Counted from the first letter of the stretch, positions 1 through 8,788 are shown. The stretch is DNA of 64,000 bases from Vulcanimicrobiota bacterium (GCA_963777315.1 CAVZQC010000002.1:864704-928703), one strand, 5' to 3'. The notes: generated by a model not told the origin, from the sequence alone. Translations and numbers: made by a program.

Positions 1-691
1 ATTCGAGCGTCGCATTGAAGCTCTCGCACATCGCGTTGTCGTAGCAATCACCAACTGAACCCATCGACGGACGAACTCCAGCTTCCCGGCACCGAGATCC
101 GAAAGCAATCGAGGTGTATTGCGTTCCTTGATCGGAATGATGAATGACGCTTTCGGGCCTACGACGTTCAATCGCCATGTTGAGCGCATCGAGTACAAGT
201 TGCGTGCGCATGTTCGAGCTCATTGCATAGCCGACGATTCGGCGGCTAAACGCGTCGAGAACGACTGCAAGAAACAAGAACCCGGCGTAGGTTGGGATGT
301 ACGTGATATCAGCAACCCACAGTTTGTCTGGTGCGTTAGCGATGAATTTTCGATCGACAAGATCCGGTGCGGGTCGAGCATCTCGATCACGCACGGTCGT
401 CCGAACGCCCTTACGGCGGCTTGCGCCTACGAGATTTCGCTCGTTCATGAGTCGCGCAAGTCGGTCGTTGCTCAGGGTAATGCCCTCGTCTTTCAACTCG
501 GCCTTGATGCGTGGTCGACCGTACGTGTTGCGAGAGCGTCGATGAATTGCCTCGATGCGATCACCAAGTTCAATGTCGCGCCGCGCTTGCGCTGACGGTG
601 GACGATTGAGCCACGCATAGTACCCGCTGGCGGAGACCTCCAGAACCCGGCACATCGTGGAAATGTGGAATTTGGCCTGGTAGCTCTTCAC
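1..691 (-). CDS. IS3 transposase OrfB (DDE), partial
   Basis: Own translation: MCRVLEVSASGYYAW...TYGRPRI...LWVADITY...HHSDQGTQY...DCYDNAMCESF; GTG overlaps the orfA stop (GTGA); absent from the ORF track because it runs off the edge. Confidence 0.9.
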   Translation of the reverse strand, partial: MKSYQAKFHISTMCRVLEVSASGYYAWLNRPPSAQARRDIELGDRIEAIHRRSRNTYGRPRIKAELKDEGITLSNDRLARLMNERNLVGASRRKGVRTTVRDRDARPAPDLVDRKFIANAPDKLWVADITYIPTYAGFLFLAVVLDAFSRRIVGYAMSSNMRTQLVLDALNMAIERRRPESVIHHSDQGTQYTSIAFGSRCREAGVRPSMGSVGDCYDNAMCESFNATLE

Positions 692-1005
692 GAGTCGGAA
701 GATTTCTTGGGGATCACGTCGGTCTCCCGAGCAAACCAGGCCGCGGCTTTTGACAAGATTTCATTCTCGATCGTGAGTCGCTTGTTTTCACGTCGAAGTT
801 TCGAGAGTTCTGCTCGTTCTTCGCTGGTCAATCCGTCGGTGCGCTTGCCAGTATCGAGATCGACCTGCTTTTCCCAATTGCGAATCGTTTGTGGTGCAAG
901 CTCGAATTCGGCGGCCAACTCATCTATGCGGCGACCGGTACGCAGCAGTTCAAGAACTTTATGCCGGAAGTCCGGCGGGTAGGAGTGCGGACGCTTTTTG
1001 CCCAT
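688..1005 (-). CDS. IS3 transposase OrfA (HTH + leucine zipper)
   Basis: YPPDFRHKVLEL...QTIRNWEKQ...ELSKLRRENKRLTIENEILSKAAAWFA. Confidence 0.9.
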   Translation of the reverse strand: MGKKRPHSYPPDFRHKVLELLRTGRRIDELAAEFELAPQTIRNWEKQVDLDTGKRTDGLTSEERAELSKLRRENKRLTIENEILSKAAAWFARETDVIPKKSSDS

Positions 1006-1059
1006 TGGTGGACCCTTCTCCGCCAAAGCGGAAGTGTCCACGAGAGCCGGGCAACTTCA

Positions 1060-1301
1060 GTATTTCAATGGGCGGCATCGAACGAATGGTGAGAACACAT
1101 CTGCGAGCAGTCGCTGATACCTTCCTTAGCATCGTGTCGTCGTGCATGTACGACCCGTCTTGCTCAGAGCGGAGCGGCGCATGTTTTGCATGTGTGCATC
1201 TTGCTGAGATCAGTTGCCAGAATTTTAACATGATGCTGGATCGACGCACTCTTTTGGGCGATTCGGGCTATCTGCATGAATCAGTTCCTGTTCGCGCGTA
1301 G
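1060..1301 (+). pseudogene. drmB: 3' remnant of DrmB-like DUF1998 protein, interrupted by IS3
   Basis: ISMGGIERM...CMYDPSC...GACFACVHLAEISCQNFNMMLDRRTLL matches the four-Cys DUF1998 C-terminus; starts exactly at the IS end and overlaps the PLD gene. Confidence 0.75.
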
Positions 1302-1983
1302 CGTCTGCGAAGCTGCTGGCTGGGATCCCGCTCTTGTGGGAAGGGCTATTGCGGGGATCGACGTCCCGGAAATATCTACCCGTCTGCGGCTACTTGAAGT
1401 TGATTCAGGCCAGCAGGACGAGATTCTAAGCCTCGCGCGCGAGTTATGCATCGTGAGGCTGGAGTCACTGGAGAACACGGTCAGAGTTTTAACCTCTTCC
1501 GTGGACCTGCTAGATGAGTGCGCTGGAATTTGGGGTATCGGGCAGGAATGGCTTGAGCTCATTCGCCAAGCGCGAACGAGCATATTGATAGTGGCGCCGG
1601 CGCTTGATGCGAACGCTGCAACATATCTAAGGGATGCCCTCATTGGCGCTTACTCGGCCGGCGTCAGATTGACCGTAATTTATGGATCGCTAGGGGAACG
1701 TCGTCGCATCAGAGCGGCGCTGACGGTGATTGCCGATTGTTTCCCAAACGCCAATATCTTGCAATGGCCAAATACGCACGGCTTTTTGCATGCTAAGATA
1801 ATCTGCGTCGATCGTGCGGCGATTTACCTTGGAAGTGCAAATCTGACCAACTACGGTTGGAATAAGAACGTCGAGCTCGGAGTTACGCTGAGAGGCGTGG
1901 CAGCGTGCGCGCTTGTAGGTGTTTGCGATCGCCTTTTGGAGGCTGCGCAAAGTGAACGAGTTACTGCGCGGAATGGGCAATAA
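1276..1983 (+). CDS. drmC: Phospholipase D-family nuclease, DrmC-like
   Basis: Single HKD motif FLHAKIICVD...YLGSANLT...NVELG; directly follows the drmB-like remnant. Confidence 0.75.
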   Translation: MNQFLFARSVCEAAGWDPALVGRAIAGIDVPEISTRLRLLEVDSGQQDEILSLARELCIVRLESLENTVRVLTSSVDLLDECAGIWGIGQEWLELIRQARTSILIVAPALDANAATYLRDALIGAYSAGVRLTVIYGSLGERRRIRAALTVIADCFPNANILQWPNTHGFLHAKIICVDRAAIYLGSANLTNYGWNKNVELGVTLRGVAACALVGVCDRLLEAAQSERVTARNGQ

Positions 1984-1985
1984 CG

Positions 1986-4376
1986 ATGGTCGCGTCTGGG
2001 GTGAAGCAGGGAACGCCGCAACAACCCCCGCTCAAGCGGCGAAAGCGTCGGCAGAAGGCTGGAGAGGGTACAAACGTCTGCGCCGCCTGTTTCTTGCGAA
2101 AGTCGGATATTCGCGAGGCGTACTGCACGGCATGCATTGGCAATGGTGGCGAAATCCGCAGAGCGGCCGGCTCAAACGGTCATGCGTCTAGCACGATAGC
2201 CGCTTTATCGGAACAGCAGCAACTTTGGCTTGGCTCCGAGCAAGTGCAGATAAATCCGCTGGATGCGAGTTTCTGCGAGGACTTCGAACAGAACTACTCC
2301 GCGGGCAATAGCAGGCTGTACGTCTATCCCGTTACTTCGTACGTCCTGCCAGCGCTGTTCGTCGCAACGGTATTCATAAACCATCTTGCCAAGACATCTG
2401 GCAGGAGATCCGCTCTGCCGAGCATTTTGTGGTATACCCCAACCGATGGCCGCGAACTTTTTGCACGGTTGCGGTTCGGCAAAAAAAGGAACAGCGTGTC
2501 GGAAATTTGCGGCACTGCCCGCATTAATACTGATGGCCAGCGTATTGGTTCAACACCCCGCAAGGTGCGCTTGTGTCTAACAGGGCATCCGGTCCTTCCC
2601 AAAGACCGTTCTTGGTCGCCAGACGCGGTGATAGTAGATACACATCACTTTGGTGATGTTGCTTCTGTGAAATTGCTAACAGCGGTACGCAATGAATGGC
2701 CGCACGTCCGAACGTTTGCCATCACGTCGGATCCACTAACCCCGCTGAGGGACTGTTTTGAAAGTGTATTGGACGGAACGGCAAAAGATACTCTTCAACT
2801 GCCTTCACTTCAAATTGGACGTGATATTCCGGAGAATGCGTTTGCATCTGTGGCTGTTCAACTAAATACGTTTGCGAGCGGAGTGGAGCGCACAGTGGAG
2901 ATCGTCGCCGAAACGCCATCTCCGCGCTGGAACGATTTGAGAGACGTTTTTCCTTTGGCGAAGCGCAATGTTGGCTCGCTCGTAACGGCGCGGCTTTTCC
3001 TCGCTGCCGTGAAATGGGTTTCAGGATTACCGGTTCGCCCGTCGGAATTTGAAGCAAACCGAACGCTTTTAATGAGCTCTTTCGAAGACTGGCTGTCGCG
3101 GATTCGACGGACGGCGAGAGACGAGGGCACTACGGCAATGTTGATAGCCGGTGCAACAACGGTCCTTCGGGACATCTGCACCGACTTAGAGCGCGACAAT
3201 CAAAAACACGCCGCGTTAATGCGTGCAATTAACGATCAGAGCGAACAAGGACGACGCGTGGCTATAATCGTTCAGAGAGTAGGTATGCGGAACGTGCTTA
3301 GGCAAGCCTTGCTTGCGGCGACCATGGATGGCGAACTTAGCGATGATGGACAGAGCCGCGCGAGCGTGTCAGTAATGACTACCGAACAACTGTTCAGGGC
3401 TGAGACTTGTGATCTTGTGATCGTGCCCGCGCTGCTTCCGCATGGTATGCTATGGGCGCTACGCGCCGCAATAGCTCCCGAAATGAAAATCCTATCCTAC
3501 GGTTGTGAAACAGCCCACTGGGAGTGGTCGCTCAACGAGGCTGGCGCCGCTGGGCAACCCTTGCGTCGTTCCACCGCGCCTGATGGACCGCGCCAAGCCG
3601 ATGCGGCGCCGCAAAACCGGAGTTTCGAGGCAGCATTGTCCCTAGACTTAGCCAGCCTCGTCGCTGATGATTTGGACGAAGTAGACCTTTCTTTGCCGTG
3701 GAGTGAAAGCTCGTCCACACAGACTGCCCGTCGGTGCATTTCGTTTCAAGATGACTCGGAAGTAACCGTAGCGGATTCATCTATTGTTCAGGTCGTTGAC
3801 GAGCAAGAACAAATCAGAGAAACGCGCGCCCGGGACATTAAGGTCGGGGACATGCTGCTTATAGCCAACGGCGGTCCCCTACGCGATCTTTTTGACCTCC
3901 TTCGAGAAAGGGTTGATTCGCAGACGGGCCTTGCGCGAGCTGTTGAGATAGTAAAGGCATTCCATCAACTGCTAGAGCACGCGTTCAGGCGTTCCGAGAT
4001 GACATACGAAACGCTTCGCGATAAGTTACGGGCCATTGGCTCACGGATCATACACCCTGTAAGCATCGCGGAATGGGTCGAGGGCGAACGGTTTGGACCG
4101 ATCGATCCACTTGATATAGAGCGACTAGGGCGCATTTTTAGTATTGACACGTTTGCTACAAGCTACAGTCAGTACTATTCGTCAATGCAGCGAGTTCGCA
4201 TCGCGCACCGCGAGCTCGGCAGAGCCCTCGTCAGACTTGTCCATGCATCGTACGCGGACGCGGACGCTAACTCCATACGGCTTACAGTTGAAGGTGAGGA
4301 TGTCGTCCTGTACGACATCTCGGATGCCATTACGCTCAAACGGGTTGTGACCATTACAATCATTCCTGCAGAATAA
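1986..4376 (+). CDS. DrmE-like protein (degenerate helicase-like fold, N-terminal CxxC..CxxC)
   Basis: 796 aa; C-terminal LRAIGSRI..SIAEWVEGERFGPIDPLDIERLG..RIAHRELGR resembles DrmE C-termini as I recall them; context with drmB/drmC. Confidence 0.6.
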   Translation: MVASGVKQGTPQQPPLKRRKRRQKAGEGTNVCAACFLRKSDIREAYCTACIGNGGEIRRAAGSNGHASSTIAALSEQQQLWLGSEQVQINPLDASFCEDFEQNYSAGNSRLYVYPVTSYVLPALFVATVFINHLAKTSGRRSALPSILWYTPTDGRELFARLRFGKKRNSVSEICGTARINTDGQRIGSTPRKVRLCLTGHPVLPKDRSWSPDAVIVDTHHFGDVASVKLLTAVRNEWPHVRTFAITSDPLTPLRDCFESVLDGTAKDTLQLPSLQIGRDIPENAFASVAVQLNTFASGVERTVEIVAETPSPRWNDLRDVFPLAKRNVGSLVTARLFLAAVKWVSGLPVRPSEFEANRTLLMSSFEDWLSRIRRTARDEGTTAMLIAGATTVLRDICTDLERDNQKHAALMRAINDQSEQGRRVAIIVQRVGMRNVLRQALLAATMDGELSDDGQSRASVSVMTTEQLFRAETCDLVIVPALLPHGMLWALRAAIAPEMKILSYGCETAHWEWSLNEAGAAGQPLRRSTAPDGPRQADAAPQNRSFEAALSLDLASLVADDLDEVDLSLPWSESSSTQTARRCISFQDDSEVTVADSSIVQVVDEQEQIRETRARDIKVGDMLLIANGGPLRDLFDLLRERVDSQTGLARAVEIVKAFHQLLEHAFRRSEMTYETLRDKLRAIGSRIIHPVSIAEWVEGERFGPIDPLDIERLGRIFSIDTFATSYSQYYSSMQRVRIAHRELGRALVRLVHASYADADANSIRLTVEGEDVVLYDISDAITLKRVVTITIIPAE

Positions 4377-4426
4377 GTTTTTAGTTTGAAACGACGCTTA
4401 CGAGCGAGCGAAGTCAGCCCAGACGG

Positions 4427-5032
4427 TTACCACAAGTGGTCACCCTGGATGCAGAACATGGCCAATGGCGACGGTTTTTTTAAGGTTTTTCTGACGACAA
4501 CCGGCAAACGAACGACGTTCGACATGAATACGCCGAAGCCGGTTACGGCTTTTATAGGCTGCGGCAGTGAAGCCGCAACGACCCTAATCTGAACGGCTAT
4601 CGTTATTTGAATAGCGGTCTGCGCCCTATTGGTCGTGCACCAGCACCAGGATTCATGCCATGCCGCGACCAGATAGCTGAATAGGTCGTCCGCGATCTTT
4701 TTGCGGTGTTCGCTTATTCTGCAGACGCCCATGTATTCAGAAAGATCTTCGAGACGCTTCGAATAGAGAACTTCCCGCAAAAATCGCGCCTCTATTGAGC
4801 CGGTGAACCACCGGTTTGTGAAAGGGGCGTAGCAGAGCGCGACCAGTACGGTGAGCGCGCCGGCTCCTATGGCTATCGAAGTGTTATCGATATGCGGGTT
4901 CCTCGCGGGAGCGGTGAAAAACAACACTTCGCCCGCAACCCAGAGTGCGCCGACGAGAAGGCCCACCACGACAGCCCAGTACATCGGTAGCTTTTCCATT
5001 CTCCACAATAAACGTCGAAGATCGTTGAGCAT
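4427..5032 (-). CDS. Hypothetical membrane protein (2 N-terminal TM helices)
   Basis: Long ORF with hydrophobic segments WAVVVGLLVGALWVAG and IAIGAGALTVLVALCY. Confidence 0.5.
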   Translation of the reverse strand: MLNDLRRLLWRMEKLPMYWAVVVGLLVGALWVAGEVLFFTAPARNPHIDNTSIAIGAGALTVLVALCYAPFTNRWFTGSIEARFLREVLYSKRLEDLSEYMGVCRISEHRKKIADDLFSYLVAAWHESWCWCTTNRAQTAIQITIAVQIRVVAASLPQPIKAVTGFGVFMSNVVRLPVVVRKTLKKPSPLAMFCIQGDHLW

Positions 5033-5268
5033 GGCGTCGGGAATCGGCCCTGTGTCGCCGCTCTGCGGGATCTGAGAACCTGCATCGCGGCGATTGGAAT
5101 TTATTGAATTCATTTGTTCAGCCTACAGGCATCAATGGCCAACCCCCTGGCATTCAGGCAGCGCATGCTGGTCGTAGAGTTACCGACGCTGCTACCTTGG
5201 CGCGGGGTCTGCCCGCAGTTTTGCGAGGCAGACCCCATGCGCTATGGTATTCGGAGTCACGGAAGGAG

Positions 5269-5526
5269 ATGGGATTGAAAGGTCACGGTGACGATGCTGC
5301 CTCACAAGCGGAACGTCTTATTTTACGGGCCTCATACGATTTCAAGCGCTCGACCGAACTTCAGGGCTCGGGCGATCAGATAAGAATTCTTGATGGCAAA
5401 GGTATCGTTTCAGCGCGGGTGACGGACCGGCACATCGAGCTCGTTACGGAAGACGGCTACCGCGTCGCATTCTATGGCTTGATCGAGATTGTTGCGCCCG
5501 GTGGCACGAGCGTTTACGACCGCTGA
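5269..5526 (+). CDS. Hypothetical protein (~85 aa)
   Basis: AAGGAG next to start region; beta-rich protein-like sequence. Confidence 0.5.
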   Translation: MGLKGHGDDAASQAERLILRASYDFKRSTELQGSGDQIRILDGKGIVSARVTDRHIELVTEDGYRVAFYGLIEIVAPGGTSVYDR

Positions 5527-5782
5527 AATTTTCGGATCCAACTTCCCGGATAACCACGGATTTCGGCCCCGTTTTTCTCCAGCCGCAGCGTCCAAATCGT
5601 GGCTTGCTAAAAGCCGCATCGAAAGCGCTTTGGGGCATCGGGTGTGCCGATACTCAGAATCAACCGCCTGGAACGCCGGTGGAGTCGACGGTCGAAAAGT
5701 GGCCATTACCGCCCACAGTTTTGCGACCGTCCATGCCCTGAAAGTGCCGCGTCCGCTCCGAAATCGGTCCTCCAAAACCCCT

Positions 5783-5983
5783 GTTCAAAAGCCGCGTCTC
5801 GCTAGTCGAGATAGACGGAATGGTGCCAGCCAAAAAAACCGCGCAAAGAGTCGCGTGTTGCAGTCGAGATAGGAGCATTGGCGCCAACTTGGATTTTTGG
5901 TGGGGCCGCCCATTAGCGAATGCCACGAAAAAGCCGCGTTCAAAAGTCGATAGTTGCTAGTCGAGATAGACGGATTGGCGGCA
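5783..5983 (+). repeat. Three imperfect ~45-bp direct repeats with core GCTAGTCGAGATAGACGGA
   Basis: Core identical at 5801-5819 and 5956-5974, each preceded by GTTCAAAAG-N9; degenerate copy GCAGTCGAGATAG at 5860-5872. Confidence 0.8.
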
Positions 5984-6133
5984 AATCCAGTTTTTCAGGG
6001 CGCGAAGACTGGAGATTAAGCTCGCCGAGTTCCACGCACACTGCTGCACTGCCTTATAGCACCCCAGCACTGGCAACAAAGAATTCCCGCGAGGTGCCCC
6101 GCGACGCCGCAAAGTGCCGATACTCGCAAAACG

Positions 6134-6586
6134 ATGGACATTCGAACACGTGAAGCGGATAAGGTACGGTACCTATCCCGAGAGCTATATCAAATACTGA
6201 TTTTCGTCGTTCGGTTCAAGAGAACAGGCAAATGCAGAAGCATGAAGTTCCAAGTTAGGACTACTCTTGGTGAAGAGTACACAGACGTATGGTACTCTAC
6301 CGGCAAGTACAGTAAACCGAACCTGTACCGTGAAGACGAGCAGGAGACCGGAATCAACGGCTTCCTGGAACAGTGCCTGATCAGAAATCTTGGCACATTG
6401 GAAGATTCGGAAGTCGAGTCGGCCTCGGATTTCAGACCGGTAGTAGTCCCTATCGCTATCCAGTACGTTCCCGGAAATGAGAGCCCCGTTGCGTCTTCTA
6501 AGGCAAACGGCCAACTTGAGCTCCCACTTTCCGACGGTCACGTTGTTCCGTTTGCTGGCCGCACATCCAAACGGAAACGGGCATAA
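6134..6586 (+). CDS. Hypothetical protein with C-terminal QLELPL motif
   Basis: First ORF of the coupled operon leading to xis-int. Confidence 0.65.
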   Translation: MDIRTREADKVRYLSRELYQILIFVVRFKRTGKCRSMKFQVRTTLGEEYTDVWYSTGKYSKPNLYREDEQETGINGFLEQCLIRNLGTLEDSEVESASDFRPVVVPIAIQYVPGNESPVASSKANGQLELPLSDGHVVPFAGRTSKRKRA

Positions 6587-6823
6587 ATGGGCACCGATAT
6601 TGATGCATGGCTGGATGATCTTGACATCGCGGAGGACGAGGGCGAGGAATCAATCTTTGAAGCCGCGGACGACGAGAGCAGCGATTCGATCTTCGACATC
6701 GCAGAATATGCGCGGGGCGATGCTATCGAAGTTACGCCGGACGGTTGTTATGTTGTCGCATTGCGTGGTGGCCGCTACTCTCGAATCCGAAAGATCGATG
6801 AAGAGTGTGGAGAGCTAACGTGA
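6587..6823 (+). CDS. Small highly acidic hypothetical protein
   Basis: ATG immediately after upstream TAA; D/E-rich N-half. Confidence 0.6.
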   Translation: MGTDIDAWLDDLDIAEDEGEESIFEAADDESSDSIFDIAEYARGDAIEVTPDGCYVVALRGGRYSRIRKIDEECGELT

Positions 6824-6957
6824 CAACGAATGTCGTACCGTTCGTCCGGGCCACAAACACGCGTGCGGACTCTAATCAATTCCCTTACTATTTGGCCTCG
6901 CGTGCGCGGCGTGTTCGTTGTGCATTGGGACAGGCGCTCAGGATAAGGTCGAAATGA
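6820..6957 (+). CDS. 45-aa hypothetical protein (not in ORF track)
   Basis: MTTNVVPFVRATNTRADSNQFPYYLASRARRVRCALGQALRIRSK; GTGA overlap upstream and ATGA overlap downstream. Confidence 0.5.
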   Translation: MTTNVVPFVRATNTRADSNQFPYYLASRARRVRCALGQALRIRSK

Positions 6958-7370
6958 TGTCAAACACAGGCGCCGTCAGAACAGCGAGAGGCGCGATCGG
7001 TATTCCAGTTGAGCCATGCACGGCGGCGACTTGGCCTCGATCCGCCGAGTCGTCCTCGGTACCGATCGATCGAACACTCACTGCTGCCGTGAAGAGTCTG
7101 GATGAAGCGCGCGAAGCGTTGAGCGCGCTGTGTCGGGCTTTATCGAGTGGTGCCGGTGATATACCCAGCATTGCGCCCATTCTGCTCACCGTACCACAGG
7201 TATGTGAATTGCTGGGCTACCACAAGACGAAAGTATACGATCTGATGAATTGTGGTTTGCTGCCATATGTGACTGATTCCAACACCGGTCACCGCCGGAT
7301 AGAATATCGCGCCGTTCAGCAACTTGTCAAAAGATTGCGTGGCCGGAATTCCGAACGGAAAGCGTCATAA
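6954..7370 (+). CDS. Excisionase-like HTH DNA-binding protein
   Basis: LLTVPQVCELLGYHKTKVYDLMNCGLLP...GHRRI (HTH_17 type), directly upstream of integrase. Confidence 0.8.
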   Translation: MMSNTGAVRTARGAIGIPVEPCTAATWPRSAESSSVPIDRTLTAAVKSLDEAREALSALCRALSSGAGDIPSIAPILLTVPQVCELLGYHKTKVYDLMNCGLLPYVTDSNTGHRRIEYRAVQQLVKRLRGRNSERKAS

Positions 7371-8788
7371 TGGGTAAGCGCGCACGCGGCGAAGGCACCA
7401 TTTACCGTCGCAAAGATGGGACATACGAGGGTAAGCTTTCGCTCAAGGGACCCCATGGACGCAGCGTCCGCAAGTCATTTTACGGAAAGACTCGGGCGGC
7501 CGTCGCAGACATGATGCGCCAGTACCGCACGGAACATGGCGGGGTTGCACAGTCTCGCGAGAGCACAACCCTCGCGGAGTATCTGACGGCTTGGCTTGGC
7601 GCGCTTAGCATCCGCCCGAACACGTATAGGTTGCGCGATCACGTTATCCGTAAGCACATTGTTCCGCACATCGGGGCCCGCGCGCTAAGTGATCTGAATT
7701 CAGACGACGTGCGTTTCCTGTTGCGCCGGTGGAGGGATGATGAAGTCGGATTGGTGACCCAGCGCACGGCCTTTGTAACACTTTCGAGCGCTTTGAACGT
7801 CGCACTACGTGAAGAGAAGATCGGCCGCAACGCGTGCAGCACAGTGCCCGCGCCAAAGCCTCCGCGACCGGACGTAACGGTGCTTGACGGCAAACAGGCG
7901 ATCCGGCTTCTCAGTGTGGCTCGCGACCTACTGGAGCGTGCGCTATTCGCACTGGCTATAACCACGGGCATGCGCCAGGGCGAAATATTCGCGTTGTTTT
8001 GGAGCGATCTCGACTTGAAAGCCGGGACTGTCTCCGTCAAGAAAACTCTGACTGAGACCTGTGATGGACAGTTGGTGCGTACCGATCCCAAGACGGCTAA
8101 GTCCCGCCGCGTGATTTACCTTCCGACGATCGCTCGCAATGCGCTGCTCGAGTTGCGGTCGGCACGGAGTGAAGAAGACGGCTTCGTTTTCACATCCCCG
8201 GATGGTACAGCGATTCGCAAGAGCAATTTCATTCGCCGGGTCTTCAAACCACTGCTCAAGCTTGCTCAGTTGCCCGACGTCACGTTCCATAGTTTGCGCC
8301 ACACCGCCAATTCGCTACTCATTGAGGCAGGCGAAGATCCGCTGGCGATCGCGGGCAGCCTCGGGCACGCGGATACGCGCATGATGTTCGAGCGGTATGG
8401 CCATCTGTTCAGCCATACGGCGAAACGCGTTGCGCAGACCGCCGACCGGATTTTTGAGGCGCTTGAATCCAATTGTCGTACGGTTGTCGTAAATGCGGCG
8501 GATCGCTTCGGGAAGCCGCGCAAGCAAAAACGCCCAAATCCCTTACAGGACGGGCGTTTTCAAATGGTGGAGATGGGGGGACTCGAACCCCCGACCCCTT
8601 ACATGCGAAGCAAGTGCTCTACCAGCTCGAGCTACATCCCCATTCGTTTTCCGTTGCGCCGGCGGGCTAAGGACGCCAAGCCGCCTGATTATACGGGGCC
8701 GGCGCGGAGCCTCCAAGGCCTCATACCCAATTTGAAAATGATTCTGCGAATTGTTGTCAAATTAGGCAAACGTGCGAGCCCGCTATAG
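7370..8788 (+). CDS. Tyrosine recombinase/integrase (ORF reads through the att site and tRNA antisense)
   Basis: [15 protein letters not shown]-terminus; [24 protein letters not shown] catalytic motifs. Confidence 0.92.
   Translation: MGKRARGEGTIYRRKDGTYEGKLSLKGPHGRSVRKSFYGKTRAAVADMMRQYRTEHGGVAQSRESTTLAEYLTAWLGALSIRPNTYRLRDHVIRKHIVPHIGARALSDLNSDDVRFLLRRWRDDEVGLVTQRTAFVTLSSALNVALREEKIGRNACSTVPAPKPPRPDVTVLDGKQAIRLLSVARDLLERALFALAITTGMRQGEIFALFWSDLDLKAGTVSVKKTLTETCDGQLVRTDPKTAKSRRVIYLPTIARNALLELRSARSEEDGFVFTSPDGTAIRKSNFIRRVFKPLLKLAQLPDVTFHSLRHTANSLLIEAGEDPLAIAGSLGHADTRMMFERYGHLFSHTAKRVAQTADRIFEALESNCRTVVVNAADRFGKPRKQKRPNPLQDGRFQMVEMGGLEPPTPYMRSKCSTSSSYIPIRFPLRRRAKDAKPPDYTGPARSLQGLIPNLKMILRIVVKLGKRASPL
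8527..8560. terminator. Bidirectional hairpin just downstream of tRNA-Ala
   Basis: AAAACGCCC...GGGCGTTTT inverted repeat. Confidence 0.65.
8565..8641 (-). tRNA. tRNA-Ala (anticodon CGC)
   Basis: GGGGATG...CATCTCC-A-CCA acceptor with G3:U70; anticodon arm CTTGC-TTCGCAT-GTAAG; GTTCGA T-loop. Confidence 0.95.
8688..8716 (-). promoter_or_regulatory. Sigma70-type promoter for tRNA-Ala
   Basis: TTGGAG-N17-TATAAT on minus strand. Confidence 0.6.
8728..8753. promoter_or_regulatory. Putative Zur box
   Basis: CAATTTGAAAATGATTCTGCGAATTG imperfect palindrome resembling TGAAAATGATTTTCA, upstream of zur-znu. Confidence 0.55.

Larger units (their letters stand above)
1..1059 (-). mobile_element. IS3-family insertion sequence (truncated by window edge)
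   Basis: Minus strand begins TGAAGTTGCCCGGCTCTCGTGGACAC (TG terminal IR typical of IS3) at 1059, followed by overlapping orfA/orfB. Confidence 0.9.
1..8600. mobile_element. Genomic island (right arm) integrated at 3' end of tRNA-Ala; left end outside window
   Basis: xis-int pair abutting the 3' end of a tRNA; cargo of defence-like and orphan genes; composition visibly more AT-rich than the genes after 8770. Confidence 0.85.

Noticed and set aside
119..982. Plus-strand ORFs 119..595 and 665..982
   Set aside because: Antisense shadows of the IS3 transposase
891..1059. N-terminal part of ORF 891..1301 as a real gene start
   Set aside because: Lies inside the IS; only the part after 1060 is DUF1998-like
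5783..5983. CRISPR or mini-array
   Set aside because: Only three degenerate copies with unequal spacing (about 59 and 96 bp) and no cas genes in the window
6114..6125. Sigma28 promoter (GCCGATAC)
   Set aside because: No matching TAAA -35 element at the expected spacing for either copy
7370..8788. Prophage
   Set aside because: No structural, terminase or lysis genes in the window; the evidence supports only an integrative island
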